NCBI GenBank assembly: GCA_964658305.1
Contig: OZ210885.1
Coordinates: forward strand, 10,850,001-10,914,000
DNA from: Leptogorgia sarmentosa
Lineage: Eukaryota
Reading direction: 5' to 3'
Length of the DNA stretch: 64,000 bases
The notes beneath the pieces were generated by a model, which saw only the letters and a program-made list of their open reading frames with translations, ran no database searches and was not told the origin of the DNA. Position numbers and translations under genes: made by a program. Below are positions 25,801 to 36,125 of this stretch, piece by piece. Numbering within the stretch: the first letter of the stretch is position 1; every line of letters starts with the position of its first letter.

Positions 25801-28800
25801 ATCACATTTTCTAGCATGTCGCAAATGTTTTATACATCATGAACTAGTTTTGTTGATAAAAGTTCACCTTTTATATTCGTATTAAAATCATTGTTACTTA
25901 GCTGTAAACTAGCATCGGATGTTGTTTTTGAATACTTGTGATTGACCTTTGATGCATTTTCAAGGTCATCTGAACTTTTGATTCATACAAGTAAGCGTCT
26001 CATAAGCGTAATTGTTTCATATATAAATTTTTCATAATTTCAGATAAGTTAGCATAGTTTCTCGATTACACAAGGCTCGCTGGCAAGTGAAGGGAGTGGT
26101 GATAACACATTGGCTATCTCCTCGACGTTTTCCTCGATTACATAAGGCTCGCTGGCAAGTGAAGGGAGTGGTGATAACACATTGGCTATCTCCTCCACGT
26201 TTTCCTCGATTACATAAGGCTCGCTGGCAAGGGAAGCGAGTGGCGATAACACGTTGGTTATCTCCTCGCCTTTTACTTTTAAAACCAGCTCACTGACGAG
26301 TCAAGAGGTTTTCAGAAATGTCGTAAGGTTTGCACTTCATTTTCTTCGATCGTATACTAACAATTCTTTGTGTGTTGGCACGAACTCATATGACGTTGTG
26401 CGACAGCCACATTGATTCGTATCGATCAGCCAGCTAATTATTTTCAATACACGCAGCGTGTTGTGCACGTGTTATGGTTTTATAATGATCTTTGGCAACT
26501 TACTCAACTGAGTGTACTTCCATATTTAGTGAGCCAATCACCTTGAATTACCCAAAGCATGCTTTACACGTGCTATACGAGGTACTGCGTCATGCGTAGA
26601 CGCACATAATGTGACGATTTTACATTTGCTGTAATTACAGCGTTTACATTTTGTGGTCTTGTGGTAGTCAAACATTGTTAACCACTTCACTGATTGACGG
26701 CCCCACTCTAAGCGTTCGCCATATGTTGTGTAGAAATTTTAATGCCCGAATGAATGCTGAGTTTGCAATTTTTGCAAAAATTGAAATTCCGGAGGGGCTT
26801 TCCGGCATTGTGTACTCTAACTTGTGGGCTTCTTCACCTATAGCTTACTTTTCTATTCATTAGAGTAACTGCAAACCATGATGATCAACGATTTATAGCT
26901 ACAATTGCATAATTTTTGTAAGGATATCAGTCAATTGTGGAGTTTGTACATGGGAAGATTTTGGAAAGCACCCCCCATGCCCCCTCCCCCATCGAGTTTA
27001 CACTATGAATGAATGACTGATGTGAATTTTCCCCACTCATCAAAATAATGCCAAATTTCTTCGAAACTTTGCACTAAATAGTGAGGCAACTTAAACAAAT
27101 CATAGAAGAATGAGACAAATTAAAGTTCATTATTTGAATTACCTAGGAGTTGAGGACAGATAGAATCTGGGTTTTCGTTGATGACATCGGCAGAGAACAT
27201 TAACGACGATTTGAGAAGTTGGATTTCCTCCGATTCTGTGTCCACAAAACGAAAATCTGATATTACAGAGAATACGCTGACGTGTTTCGCTTTTTGTTTG
27301 AGCCAGTGTAGATCAAACAGCAACTGGAGTAGTTCACTATGTCGTCCCGAAGAATAAATGTGATAGGGTAGGTACTTGAAATAATAGTCTTTTTGGCAGG
27401 TAGTTGAATTATCATTCCAGTCACCATCCACGCACAGGCCACAAAGTGTCTTTACGAACTTATCCTGAACATCATTTAGTGTACCCATGTCTTGAAGTTT
27501 TGTCTGGGCAAAATCCAAAAGCAAGTCATGGACACGATAGCTTTTCTTTCCGCGGAGTTCAGGCCCTGAAATTGATCGAAATGTTAGGAAATTTGTACTA
27601 GAGGCGGACAATTTTTGAAATCTCAAAATCGCCGTTGAGTAGTATAGAAGGAGTTGCGCTATCAGGTTTTCGTAAATACGAAATGGCTTAGTCACAATAA
27701 GAATAATTATTGGCTATATCGAGCCAAGAATAATGCAATATCTGTAAAAAGACACATAGACTTAAGGTAGTCTTGGTAAAACTCCTAATTCCTAAAAAGC
27801 AAACAATATTTTTTAATTTACATGATTCGCCTTATTATTACAAAACATCAAAAAATCCACTTGATCCACTTTGCAACCTGTATTACTGGTTCACTGACTG
27901 TTGTAAATTTTCGTTACTAATGACAATACTGCAAAGTGAACTTGGCACTGAGATAAAAAATTTTCGGAGGATGTGCAGATCAAAACCGTTAAAAGATAAA
28001 ACTGTACCTTTTAAGATCAGCGACTTTCTCTCGAGCACAGCAAGTATATCTTTGTGTTTCTGGTTCTGTATCGAACACCACAGCAGCTCGAGTACATCTG
28101 ACGGTATATCTGTATCCTCTGGAAATATAGCCAAATAAAGAAACATCTCGCGTACACTTTCGTCCAGGCGTTGATAGCTCACATCAATGACTGCTAAGAG
28201 GTTATCATAAGGATAATCGACTTTGGGAAATAATGAACGAATTCTCTCCAGGTCAGCATTTTTAAGATCATCTAAAACATCCTCCCAGTCTTGTTCCGCA
28301 CGAGTGTCCGTTAAATTTGAACCCACCAGTGACAGAGCCAGCGGTAAACCTCGACACTGCTCTAACAGGTCTGCAATAATTCGCCGTAAGTTTGGCGTTA
28401 ACTGTTCGTCTGGACGTATCCCAGCGCTCTGATACAACAGCCCTCGGGATTTATCTTGTGACATAATAACAAGTTCGTACTTAGTAATTCCCGAACCGCA
28501 GAGAACAGTAGCATCTCTAGTTGTTATTAGTAATTGGCATTTGCCAGATAAGCAATTGAATACAGCAGCGTCGTCCACCTTCCAAACATCATCAACAACA
28601 ACCAAACAGTCTTTATCAATCTAAAAATGAGTTGAAAACTAGCTCAGAAATCGTATCTGTTAACTGCATTCAAAGGTTGGTAAAATTTACAACTCTTACT
28701 GGCCAAGGACTTTAAAGGCTCGCTTGCAATTTTTTAGTGCCATTTTCTGGCCTTTCTGATATATGAGGCACATGTTCATAGGTGGATTTATGACGAGTGT

Positions 28801-31800
28801 TCTGATTTTATTATTTCTGACTTCCGCAACTGGTTTAGTCTTTCACCTCTATCAAAGCGGAAATAATAAAAATCGTACTAGAAATAGCTGCAAAAATTGC
28901 AGTGTAAAAGAGTCCCAACTGCCAATGCATGATATGAGTGAAGTTTTCTAAAGAACTGAGAAAGTAGAGGTAATATTTATCATTTATAGACCCGGAGGCA
29001 ATATGAAGCAAATATTTCGACCATTAGTCAAGCCACATCAGTCGTATGCAAGTATATATTGTTTTCGTTTCACAAGAATGTACGAGTTAAGAATTGTGCT
29101 TTGTTTACAAATACTTACACGAGCTGGCAGTACAACGCACGAGAAATTTTCAATACTGAACGAGGCGAAGCCGAGTTAAAATGCTAACTTTGTTTTAAAA
29201 ATTAAAGACAATTAATAAAGCTTACCACCCTGTGCATGTGGTCGTGTGAAAGAAAAGACTTGGGAGAATTGCAACTATTATAGCTTTAACATCCATCTAA
29301 CATCAGACTTCTACATTTAACGTCGCTTTAATTTACGTTTACCAACGCTGTACCGGATATATTTTTCTGTATTCGTGCAAGTTCGCTATTCGAGCTTAGT
29401 GGCGTCCCCAGAGCCGATAAGTGGGGTGGACATATTCATAAATTCGTGTTCGCAGACCATAAAAACAATCGATTTCAAAAGAAATTAATTGTGCAAAACA
29501 CGAATATATGAATATGTCCACCTCACTTATCGAGCTGGGGACGCCACTGTTCGAGCTACATCCCATTAAAAATCGTCCCTACCTTGAAAATAGCGCTATC
29601 ACATTTTATCACAAACATCAAATATAGCACACCATACACACATACCGTGTATTTTCTTAACCAAGATTGCGCTGCAACAATATCACTGAACGACACATCT
29701 CCGCCAAGGACTCTGACGAGGGTGTTAATCAGTTTCAAGCGATCAGGTGTTTGACCAATGTCAAGCCAGACAACTTGACGAGATTTTGAGACTTCCCAGG
29801 CAACAGCTTGGGCTAACACCGTCTTACCGAGGCCTCCCATTCCACGGATACCAACGTCCCCACCATGACGTCCAACAACACCCACTTTATTTCCCTGCTT
29901 GAGTAACTCCAATATCTCGGTTACTTCTGATGGCCTTTCCACCATGTGAGCAGGTAGATTGCGTAATCCATACGGAACTAGAATATCGATTAAAAAATAT
30001 AGATGATAATTTTGAAATCGCTCTGCTGCACGCTTCAAATAATTGTGCATACCAGAATGCATATTTGTATAATTTCAACTTTGAACATTAATTTCGTTAA
30101 ATATTTTACGTCGCTCTGGCATTAAAATCTCTTGCTACAGTTTGCGGTGTATTGTTACTGAAGTGAGTCTAAACTTTATTTAAACTTTCCCAAGAAAAGC
30201 AATTTGTAGTGTGCTTTACAATTATTGATGGGAAGTTTCTACGTTGTGGCTGTTCCTGTTTGGTCGTTTATGCTTGCGCGCGCAGAAGGTGCTAATTGGT
30301 ACAGTCTTTCCTCACCACCTGTACTGCAGGATGAGAGAACTTGGAGTACGTTATGATTTTGAAGTGCTGTCCACTGCGTGCAGTGGTGATATAAAGATAT
30401 GTAATATCAAACTACCATTCCTAATCATCGAGGTCACTCGTGCATATACTATATGGAAATTGCATTGGAAACCATGCCAATATGTACCTATACAAATAAG
30501 AATTAGACATTCTAGGGTATGATTCGGCTTCTGGACAGCCGACGTTTCATTGTATATATCGCGCAACGTCCATTTCAATTGAAGCTTTCAAATCATGCTA
30601 TAGAATATAGCTATAAACATCATTTACAGCATGGATGTTTAGAAAGTAGTGCAAACGAATAGTGACATCTCGGCAATCAGAGCTTCTAAAGTCACAAAAG
30701 TGGCAACCAGCAAGCTGGCCAGTCTCTTCCTACAAGTCATATAACTTTGCCGACAGAACACTTTTCCTAACGCCGGGACCTCCATTTAGGATCATAACTC
30801 TGGATTTCGTATCGCGAAGCCATTTTTCAAAGTCGTCAAAGAACGATTGTCTGGTCCCTTCTTGAAATTTTCGAATAAGCTAGTCAATCTTTCCATTAAA
30901 GACAAATTTAGCTAATTTTCAGAAGATTTTACATTTTCTACCACAGTTCGCAACTTGACAACTTGACTTTCAACATTGGCTACTGAATCTCCTATTGATG
31001 AAGCATTTGAGGACATAAATCAAAAGAAGAAGCATTTAACTACTATCAGCAACATTTAAGCATTCTTGTCGCAATTGAGCGGCGTCAACTTTTCACGAGC
31101 GTTTTTTATTTTGCTGTGACCTACGCAGTTAACCCGCCCAACATTAAAATTCAATTTTTTAGTGATGATGAGTGCGACAGCGCGTACTGCACTGCCAATG
31201 CTTTCGGATTCCCACTAAATCTGGGAAGTGTTAGAAGACATGTTGCATTCCTGTTGCCGTTTACTCTAACGAGATATTTTCCTACAAGAAATTCTTAGAA
31301 ACAGAACGTTGAACACCGGGAAGGTTCCTGGGGGACAAATTTCGAAAATTGAATGGCTGCCTGACTAGTCTGTAAATTTTTCTGCATAATATATTCTGCA
31401 TAAATGGTTTCCGATCTTTCCTAGTTAATTGAAACACTACCTTTTTTCTCTGCAAAATCTGAATGCTCCGTCCACGCCTTTTTCTGACGACATTCGATTT
31501 CATCTGTTTTCTCCGCCAGACGTTTAAGCTCCATTGAATGATGTTCAAGTTTCTCTGCTGCAGACCTTTCAACCTCTTTAATTTTGCGAAGCAGTGTGGA
31601 TTGTATGTTATCGAGTTTCTCCATCGCTGGATTTATCTGAATAGATAAAATTGATTTAGTAATATTCAATTTACGGGCTGAAACAAATTTGAAATCACTC
31701 TCAGCTTCACAAAGCGGCTTAAGGTGTGTGATGTAATAATAGTTATAATCTAACGTTATTAGTATAGGTAATTGTATGGTTTCGAGTGCAATTTGGAAAA

Positions 31801-34800
31801 ACATGCACGAGTGAGTTTTTCAAAGACATTCAAATTGCACGAGTCCAAAGGACGAGTGCAACTTGAAGTCTTTGAAAAACTCCTGCACGAGTGTATGTTT
31901 TTCCAAATTGCACGAGAATGTTAACTTGTTAATAACATACATGAAAAAAATTTACATAGATTATACTTGTCTCGCCTTGTTCGGCCGCTAATATACGGAG
32001 ATGTTTTGCTTGTCCACCGACCACTTGCTTGAAGGAAGAGGAATTTCTGTCTCGTATTATAAAAAGGTTGTCATCATCGACTGCTGTTAATATCACTTTT
32101 AACCTGTCTGGTTCATATTCATCGCCGTTTCATTTTTAATTCACAGTTTTCGTTTAGCATAAAAACAATCGAGCAAAATATATAATCTAACACCTGTTAT
32201 TGCGGAATATTTTGTACTCAAGCTGTATTTTCTTTTCAATGCGCCACTTTATCCGCACAATCAAGATTTGCTAGATATCTTTGGTGGTATTTTCATTTTT
32301 CGAACTATTTGTAAGTCCCTCTATCATTTGTCTGTTGCCTAAAAAATCTACCCAAAGAGGCAGCCATTTTTTCATCCTTGAATAATTTCATTTTTTGTTA
32401 TTGTTCGCCAGAAATGGCTTAATCTGATTGGCTAGCTTTGTAATCTTAGCCAATCAGGAGACATAAACATCTGGAGAAATTTGCACTGAATTTCTTTTTT
32501 TGGCACTGTATTCCCTTGTTTGGTACTGTATTTCCTTCAAATTGCACTGCTCTCAGCCAATCAGATTCGAGAAATTTTTTCATGTATATTATTAGATTAG
32601 AGATTAAGATGAGTATGTAAATTAATGAGATAATATATATGAGCCGAGGACAGAGTTCGTGGTGTGTCCACAGTGTGCTGTGGACGACCTGACAAGTAAA
32701 GAGGGCAAGGTCACGCAAGGATTCGAGAAGAGTTAGTTGGAATTGAAAGCGTGTATCGAGGTGACTGAAAACAATCTTAGGCGAGAAGAGTAAAGTAAAA
32801 TTGTTAGTTCCTAAATGAAATATAATTACAAATCTTGTTTTTTCATTGGACAATTTGAATTTGAGGTATAATTTTTATCATTTATAGACCCTCCGCTCGG
32901 GGGATTCGGCGATATTTCCCTCAGTGATGATATTTGCCTCGGGGCAGAGCCCCTCGGAAAACATCATCACTTCGGGAAATATTACGCCGAATCCCCCTCG
33001 CTGCGGGTCTATAAATGATAAATATTATACCTCAAATTCAAATTGTCCAATGAAAAAACAGGATTTGCACTAGAAAAACAGGCGTGCTATTAACGTGTTA
33101 CTATAACACGTCCCCATGTTCTTACAACACAGCCGTGTTGTTGCAGATGTCAAACGTGTTGCAAATGTGTTGTGAACAACATGCCACAACACACTTGCCA
33201 ACACATCAACGTGTTACGAAAGGACACGGTATTAGTGAGGATTTACTAAAACACGCTACTAACACAGTAAACGTGTTGTGGTCTGATTTGTAACACGTCA
33301 GTGTGCAAATGTCTTACTTTTACAACACGCGTGGCGTGTTTCTTCAGGAATGTGATAGGACACGCAAATGTGTTCTATAGGACACGCAAGATGTGTACTT
33401 CGCAACACGGGTAGTGTGTCGTTTTTGCAACACACCAACTTGTCCCCTATATCGACACGCTTGAGAGCAGGTGTGTTTTTAGAGCACGAATGCAGTGTTC
33501 TGACAACACACCCGAGCTCGCAACACGCTACATCCATAACACACCGCCGTGTTCTTACGGGGTTCCTGGCGTGTTATTAACAACACGCCAATATTTTCAG
33601 ATGTGTTGTTGCAGTCGTAACAACACGCTTAAACAGAAACACGCCTCCTATAACAACACGCCACATTAGCGTGTTGTTATAGGGGACAAAAAGTGTGTTC
33701 CTACAACACGCTTGATTTTCTAGTGTGTACCACGTGATAGTGTGATTTTTCGCGGTATTTCACTAAAATTCATGATTTCGCAATCCAGCGTGGGATACTA
33801 TAATATCCCACGGCAGATCCACCGTGGGATATTATAGTATCCCATGCGTGACGCGTGGGCAACACGCGCTTAGCATAGCTATGGAAAATGGCGGGAGAGC
33901 AAGACTCGACGAAGAAATAAATAGACTTCTTGAAAACAAAGATGCAAAAATATTTTGTTCGGTATAATATATCATTTATATAGACCCTCCGCTCGGGGGA
34001 TTCGGCGGTATTTCCCTCAGTGATGATATTTTCCTCGGGACAGAGCCACTCGGAAAATATCATCACTTCGGGAAATATTACGCCGAATCACCCTCGCTCC
34101 GGGTCTATAAATGATAAGTATTTATCAGTAATTGATATGTAGTGTGTTTTATTCAAACCCGCATTTGAAACATGTCTTATATTAATTTGAACAGCGTCTT
34201 CCTACTTATTCAACGACTGTTAAATGAAACATCAAAAGTTCCTCAAACCTTTGTGGCGTCCAAATCGTAGTTTTTGATACAACGGCAAAGTTCAGCTACA
34301 CTTTCTGCAATTAGTTTTGCGTGACGACCATCAACAAGAATGTCTGGAAATAATGAAGAAAATTTATCTTGAGTATCGCAAACACTATAAATATACCGCT
34401 GCTAATGCGCGTAGCACGAAGGATACATGAAAAAGCATGCCCTGCTGTCCATACAAACTATTTGATAAGCATGGTCTGTCGTCGTTACTAGCAAACTTCA
34501 ATATGCGGCCAGAGTAGTGGATAGGGGATAACAACATCAGCAAGCAGCACTTGTCATACCCACAACCTAAACAATGCAAATAGGTTGGACGTTTTGAGTA
34601 AAGTAGATTTTTTGCATGATATAGACATGCAAAAATTTCGAAATAGTACAATCCAGAGCAACAGCGTTAAAGAGTATCACAAAGTTAGTAAAACTGTAAA
34701 GTCTGGTTGAGAAATGTTTTAAAATGCGAAAAATATGACCCTGTAAAGTTTTCAAATTTTGTATATTTTAGTATTACCCATGCATTTATATCCTTATCGA

Positions 34801-36125
34801 GAAAAGTCTATCAATTTTGCGTGCCTAATACTAAAATGAAAAAAAAAATGGCAAAATTGCATTAAACATTCCTTTTATTCGATAAATACTGTATATGATT
34901 GACCCTGTAAAGTTTTCAAATTTTGTATATTTTAGTATTACCCATGCATTTATATCCTTATCGAGAAAAGTCTATCAATTTTGCGAGCCTAATACTAAAA
35001 TGAAAAAAATGGCAAAATTGCGTTAAACATTCCCGACTTTTGAATGATTGAAGTTTTGAACACAAATGTCCAACTGGAATTAGTACGATTTACGAAGTCT
35101 AATTCATGTGAAAATTTTGATTTTATGCATATGTCAGCATATATTAGTTGTACTATACTGTATATCATGTTGTATACAGTATTAAAGGCATTTAACTTCT
35201 GCACTTATATGAAGGTCTAAAAATAAATCACTGTCACCAATTCAACACATGATTTCTATGTAAAGTTTCAAAGTATAGCTACACTATTGGAGAATTTAAT
35301 TTTTTTTACCTGTTCGACCACATATAATTTCAACGATTGATCGTATTGAGAATCGCATTGAATTGTATATATGGTAATATATGAATAAAATTGAATGATA
35401 ATAATAATAATAATAAATGAATAATAAGAGAAATTCTTTCAACACATGGGGGTTTTCTTACAGGAGATCAAAAATGATCTGCGCAAAACATATTTAAAGG
35501 CATGATGAAATTCCGGCAATAATGCTAATAATACAGTACCTGTTTTATTCCAGAAGTCTAGTTCATCACAAATTATTTTTTCGTCAGCTATTGGTAAATT
35601 TAATATTTTGACCAAAGATTCCATTCCTTGAAACGAGGCATTGAACATATGTACTGTCCATTCAGAGATGTTACAATGAGCCCATGGGTTTCTGATGTCC
35701 GACCGAACTTTGTTTGCTTCAGCTGCAGCACCAGATGATACAAAAGGGTCTGCCTTGCCGATAATAGTCAAAAGTGCTGACATATCCATGGTTTTATCAA
35801 ATCCAGTGAAATGTGCCATAAAGTCCGTGACGAATAGTTTCGCCAAAGAGACAGGATCTTTAACAGCATAATCATAAGCTGATTTAGTACGCTTGTGGAT
35901 AATGTTATTGTTAATGTTCTGATATTGTAGGTTATGTGTGGAAGGGGGTAATTTCTTCCTTCTGTATGCTGCGAAATCTTGCTTTTGAATTTCATCAGGT
36001 GGTTGGCATAAAGAATGATACCATTTCCCAAGTTCAGTGGCGACAACTTTCCTCAATGCAGGTGCAAGAACTTTGGTAAAGGCAATGCCAACTAAAACCC
36101 AATGTTGTTCTTCCTCTGATATCAT
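1281..36125 (-). CDS. Gene A: multi-exon HEPN-like / coiled-coil / NB-ARC / WD40 STAND receptor (APAF1-like architecture, not a clear APAF1 orthologue), 3' end not found
   Basis: Manual splice model: 36125-35540, 34343-34249, 31636-31441, 29977-29646, 28620-28008, 27565-27143, 24943-24698, 19440-19222, 14189-13980, 11326-11083, 10259-10021, 8232-8135, 5030-4622, 1885-1281. All introns are GT-AG with matching phases; 4515 nt = 1505 codons with no stop. Confidence 0.85.
2385..3155. mobile_element. Tc1/mariner-like foldback MITE
   Basis: TA|CAGGGTGTATCAAAAAAAAG...CTTTTTTTTGATACACCCTG|TA; near-perfect inverted arms over about 330 bp. Confidence 0.85.
4622..5030 (-). CDS. Gene A exon 13: WD40
   Basis: VWNLSDG...FSSDGLQVIIGCEDNHVFIWDW...ISPDGKRVLFGS. 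Confidence 0.88.
8135..8232 (-). CDS. Gene A exon 12: WD40
   Basis: GDLEWAKHVAVSADGRYVVSLSKEYNSTKSSIK; caatag| acceptor and |gtatgg donor. Not in the ORF track. Confidence 0.8.
9019..9308. mobile_element. Palindromic MITE with CCCTAA/TTAGGG near its centre
   Basis: AGGAGATCGCT...AGCGATCTCCT, arms about 130 bp; lies between older inverted arms at about 8790-8930 and 9545-9680. Confidence 0.75.
10021..10259 (-). CDS. Gene A exon 11: WD40
   Basis: LTASLDQSIRVWNL...SAANDGTFKVWNL. Confidence 0.88.
11083..11326 (-). CDS. Gene A exon 10: WD40
   Basis: GTIKIWDL...LEGHESYVTSIAVS...SVRLW...GHTGSI; an alternative in-frame acceptor would start at 11320. Confidence 0.88.
13980..14189 (-). CDS. Gene A exon 9: WD40
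   Basis: VESLCTTKDGQFIATVRYDDKTIKLW...GHTDWVRCV; 210 nt, phase 1-1. Confidence 0.9.
17275..19189 (-). mobile_element. 5'-truncated CR1/L2-group non-LTR retrotransposon
   Basis: RT ORF with NYRPISIL, DLQKAFD, GIPQGS, FADD; 3' AATAAA followed by a (TACC)n tail. Confidence 0.92.
17534..19054 (-). CDS. LINE reverse transcriptase (ORF2 fragment; frame extends to about 19170)
   Basis: 506 aa ORF with RT motifs; apparent short in-frame deletion at GPL-YVND. Confidence 0.9.
   Translation of the reverse strand: MSESNVYRLLLSLNPRKSTGIDKIPAKIIRIAAPVVTNSLTKIFNMAIISATVPSEWKIAKVTPIVKNGPRNQLNNYRPISILPVVSKLFEKVLCEQLQEYLDTQELFSPRQFGFRKFHSTASALLDSTNEWFINMDRGLFNIALFLDLQKAFDTINHDILLEKLNLYGLQKPSLNLLESYLTNRTQMCSVNGALSGTKLVTCGIPQGSILGPLYVNDLPNSLEYSSTRMFADDTALTVSGKSIQDVEVAINHDLTNVKQWLSANRLSLNLVKTEYLLIGSRYNINNLLAAPNVFVGDTPIKRVKETKALGVHIDEFLSWDKHIDKIAKKISSGIGAIRKLKSCVDHNTLICAYNALILPHLDYCCEVWDTIGATLSDRLQKLQNRAARVITGRKNEHGQSELALDELKLKPLNEHRAHFVASLMYKITHELAPKRLIDLFQGTPSSYYYNMRGSSTKLFLPKPKTEYLKKSLSYRGAKLSNSLPDEAGNKFSLASFNSYIRHLAN
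19222..19440 (-). CDS. Gene A exon 8: WD40
   Basis: LLGHSEGVGCLAVSQSGTILASGSWDRSTILW; 219 nt, phase 1-1. Confidence 0.9.
19647..20788. mobile_element. Kolobok-like DNA transposon, internal-deletion derivative
   Basis: TTAA TSD, AG...CT termini, TIRs about 130 bp, THAP ORF; empty TTAA site in copy B at about 52589. Confidence 0.88.
19997..20473 (-). CDS. THAP zinc-finger fragment of the transposase
   Basis: GCSN...W...ICSRHF...PTI; the first Cys position reads Ser. Confidence 0.82.
   Translation of the reverse strand: MPHRSAVYGCSNVTSSDEGISLHVIPFANVDRPEAKKRRKKWVDFVRRRRLNFEPSASSKICSRHFNAGDFTRRFDVRLTGDKAKLKAILKSDEFGICVYPTISLPDCTDPTSSTTSSAFNASPRNICNRFVLVRLQTLPLFFACSHYIFRYGKSIRV
22286..23575. 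mobile_element. Helentron-associated non-autonomous element (HINE/DINE-like)
   Basis: Sub-terminal TAGTGCAAAGTTT / AAACTTTGCACTA inverted repeat, terminal palindrome, (TGAATCGC)n tract; related copies at about 26720-27077 and 52290-52493. Confidence 0.6.
22319..22449. mobile_element. Tourist/Harbinger-like MITE
   Basis: TAA|GGCCCGTTTCA...TGAAACGGGCC|TAA palindrome. Confidence 0.75.
24698..24943 (-). CDS. Gene A exon 7: end of helical domain and first WD40
   Basis: GRLLSYEEYPGIKTLL...VYSLAT...CGLRNGSITIFDL; 246 nt, phase 1-1. Confidence 0.85.
26060..26268. repeat. 72-bp minisatellite, about 3 copies
   Basis: CTCGATTACA recurs at 26061, 26133 and 26205. Confidence 0.9.
27143..27565 (-). CDS. 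Gene A exon 6: MHD-type motif and APAF1-like helical domain
   Basis: YRVHDLL...YYFKYLPYH...WL...CPQLLG. Confidence 0.9.
28008..28620 (-). CDS. Gene A exon 5: NB-ARC Walker B, sensor 1, GLPL, winged helix
   Basis: CLVVVDDVW, LLITTRD, CRGLPLAL, LAIFPED. Confidence 0.92.
29397..29549. mobile_element. hAT-like MITE
   Basis: TAGTGGCGTCCCCAG...CTGGGGACGCCACTG with 8-bp TSD TTCGAGCT. Confidence 0.85.
29646..29977 (-). CDS. Gene A exon 4: NB-ARC Walker A
   Basis: LPAHMVERPSEV...VGIRGMGGLGKTVLAQAVA. Confidence 0.9.
30661..30915 (-). pseudogene. Decayed NACHT NTPase exon (HET-E/NPHP3-type N-terminal part) inside a gene A intron
   Basis: Translates LAKFVFNGKID*LIRKFQEGTRQSFFDDFEKWLRDTKSRVMILNGGPGVRKSVLSAKLYDL*EETGQLAGCHFCDFRSSD: GTR motif, broken Walker A, HFC motif, two stops. 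Confidence 0.8.
31441..31636 (-). CDS. Gene A exon 3 (coiled coil)
   Basis: INPAMEKLDNIQSTLLRKIKEVERSAAEKLEHHSMELKRLAEK...; canonical splice sites, phase 0 to 1. Confidence 0.7.
31756..32595 (-). mobile_element. Crypton-like non-autonomous element with terminal hairpin
   Basis: Bounded by direct repeat TTATTAG; hairpin 31781-31918; CCAAT boxes and AAAATGGC on the minus strand. Confidence 0.55.
32831..34117 (+). mobile_element. Crypton-like element with the same hairpin at both ends
   Basis: Hairpins at 32876-33022 and 33970-34117; ORF stub MENGGRARLDEEINRLLENKDAKN at 33881. Confidence 0.55.
33068..33725. mobile_element. CACTA/CMC-like non-autonomous element
   Basis: CACTAGAAAA...TTTTCTAGTG termini, 2-bp TG flanks, dense ACACG/CGTGT motifs. 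Confidence 0.75.
34249..34343 (-). CDS. Gene A exon 2 (linker)
   Basis: ttccag|ACATTCTT...ACAAAG|gtttga, reads DILVDGRHAKLIAESVAELCRCIKNYDLDATK; bridges phase 1 to 0. Not in the ORF track. Confidence 0.65.
34737..35032. repeat. Local tandem duplication (about 135 bp unit, two copies)
   Basis: TGACCCTGTAAAGTTTTCAAATTTTG... at about 34737 and 34900. Confidence 0.85.
35540..36125 (-). CDS. Gene A exon 1: DZIP3/HEPN-like N-terminal domain
   Basis: MISEEEQHWVLVGIA...VRSDIRNPWAHCN contains an R-x4-H HEPN-type motif; phase-1 donor ACAG|gtactg. Confidence 0.75.

Noticed and set aside
26060..26268. Possible CRISPR-like array
   Set aside because: Units are contiguous tandem copies with no unique spacers; eukaryotic context and no cas genes.
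31148..31370. Possible second degenerate P-loop (FSGNPKALAVQYA)
   Set aside because: No GK[ST], surrounded by stops; too weak to call.
1281..36125. Naming gene A as APAF1
   Set aside because: No CARD, tandem paralogues and rapid divergence; architecture is APAF1-like but orthology cannot be shown from sequence alone.
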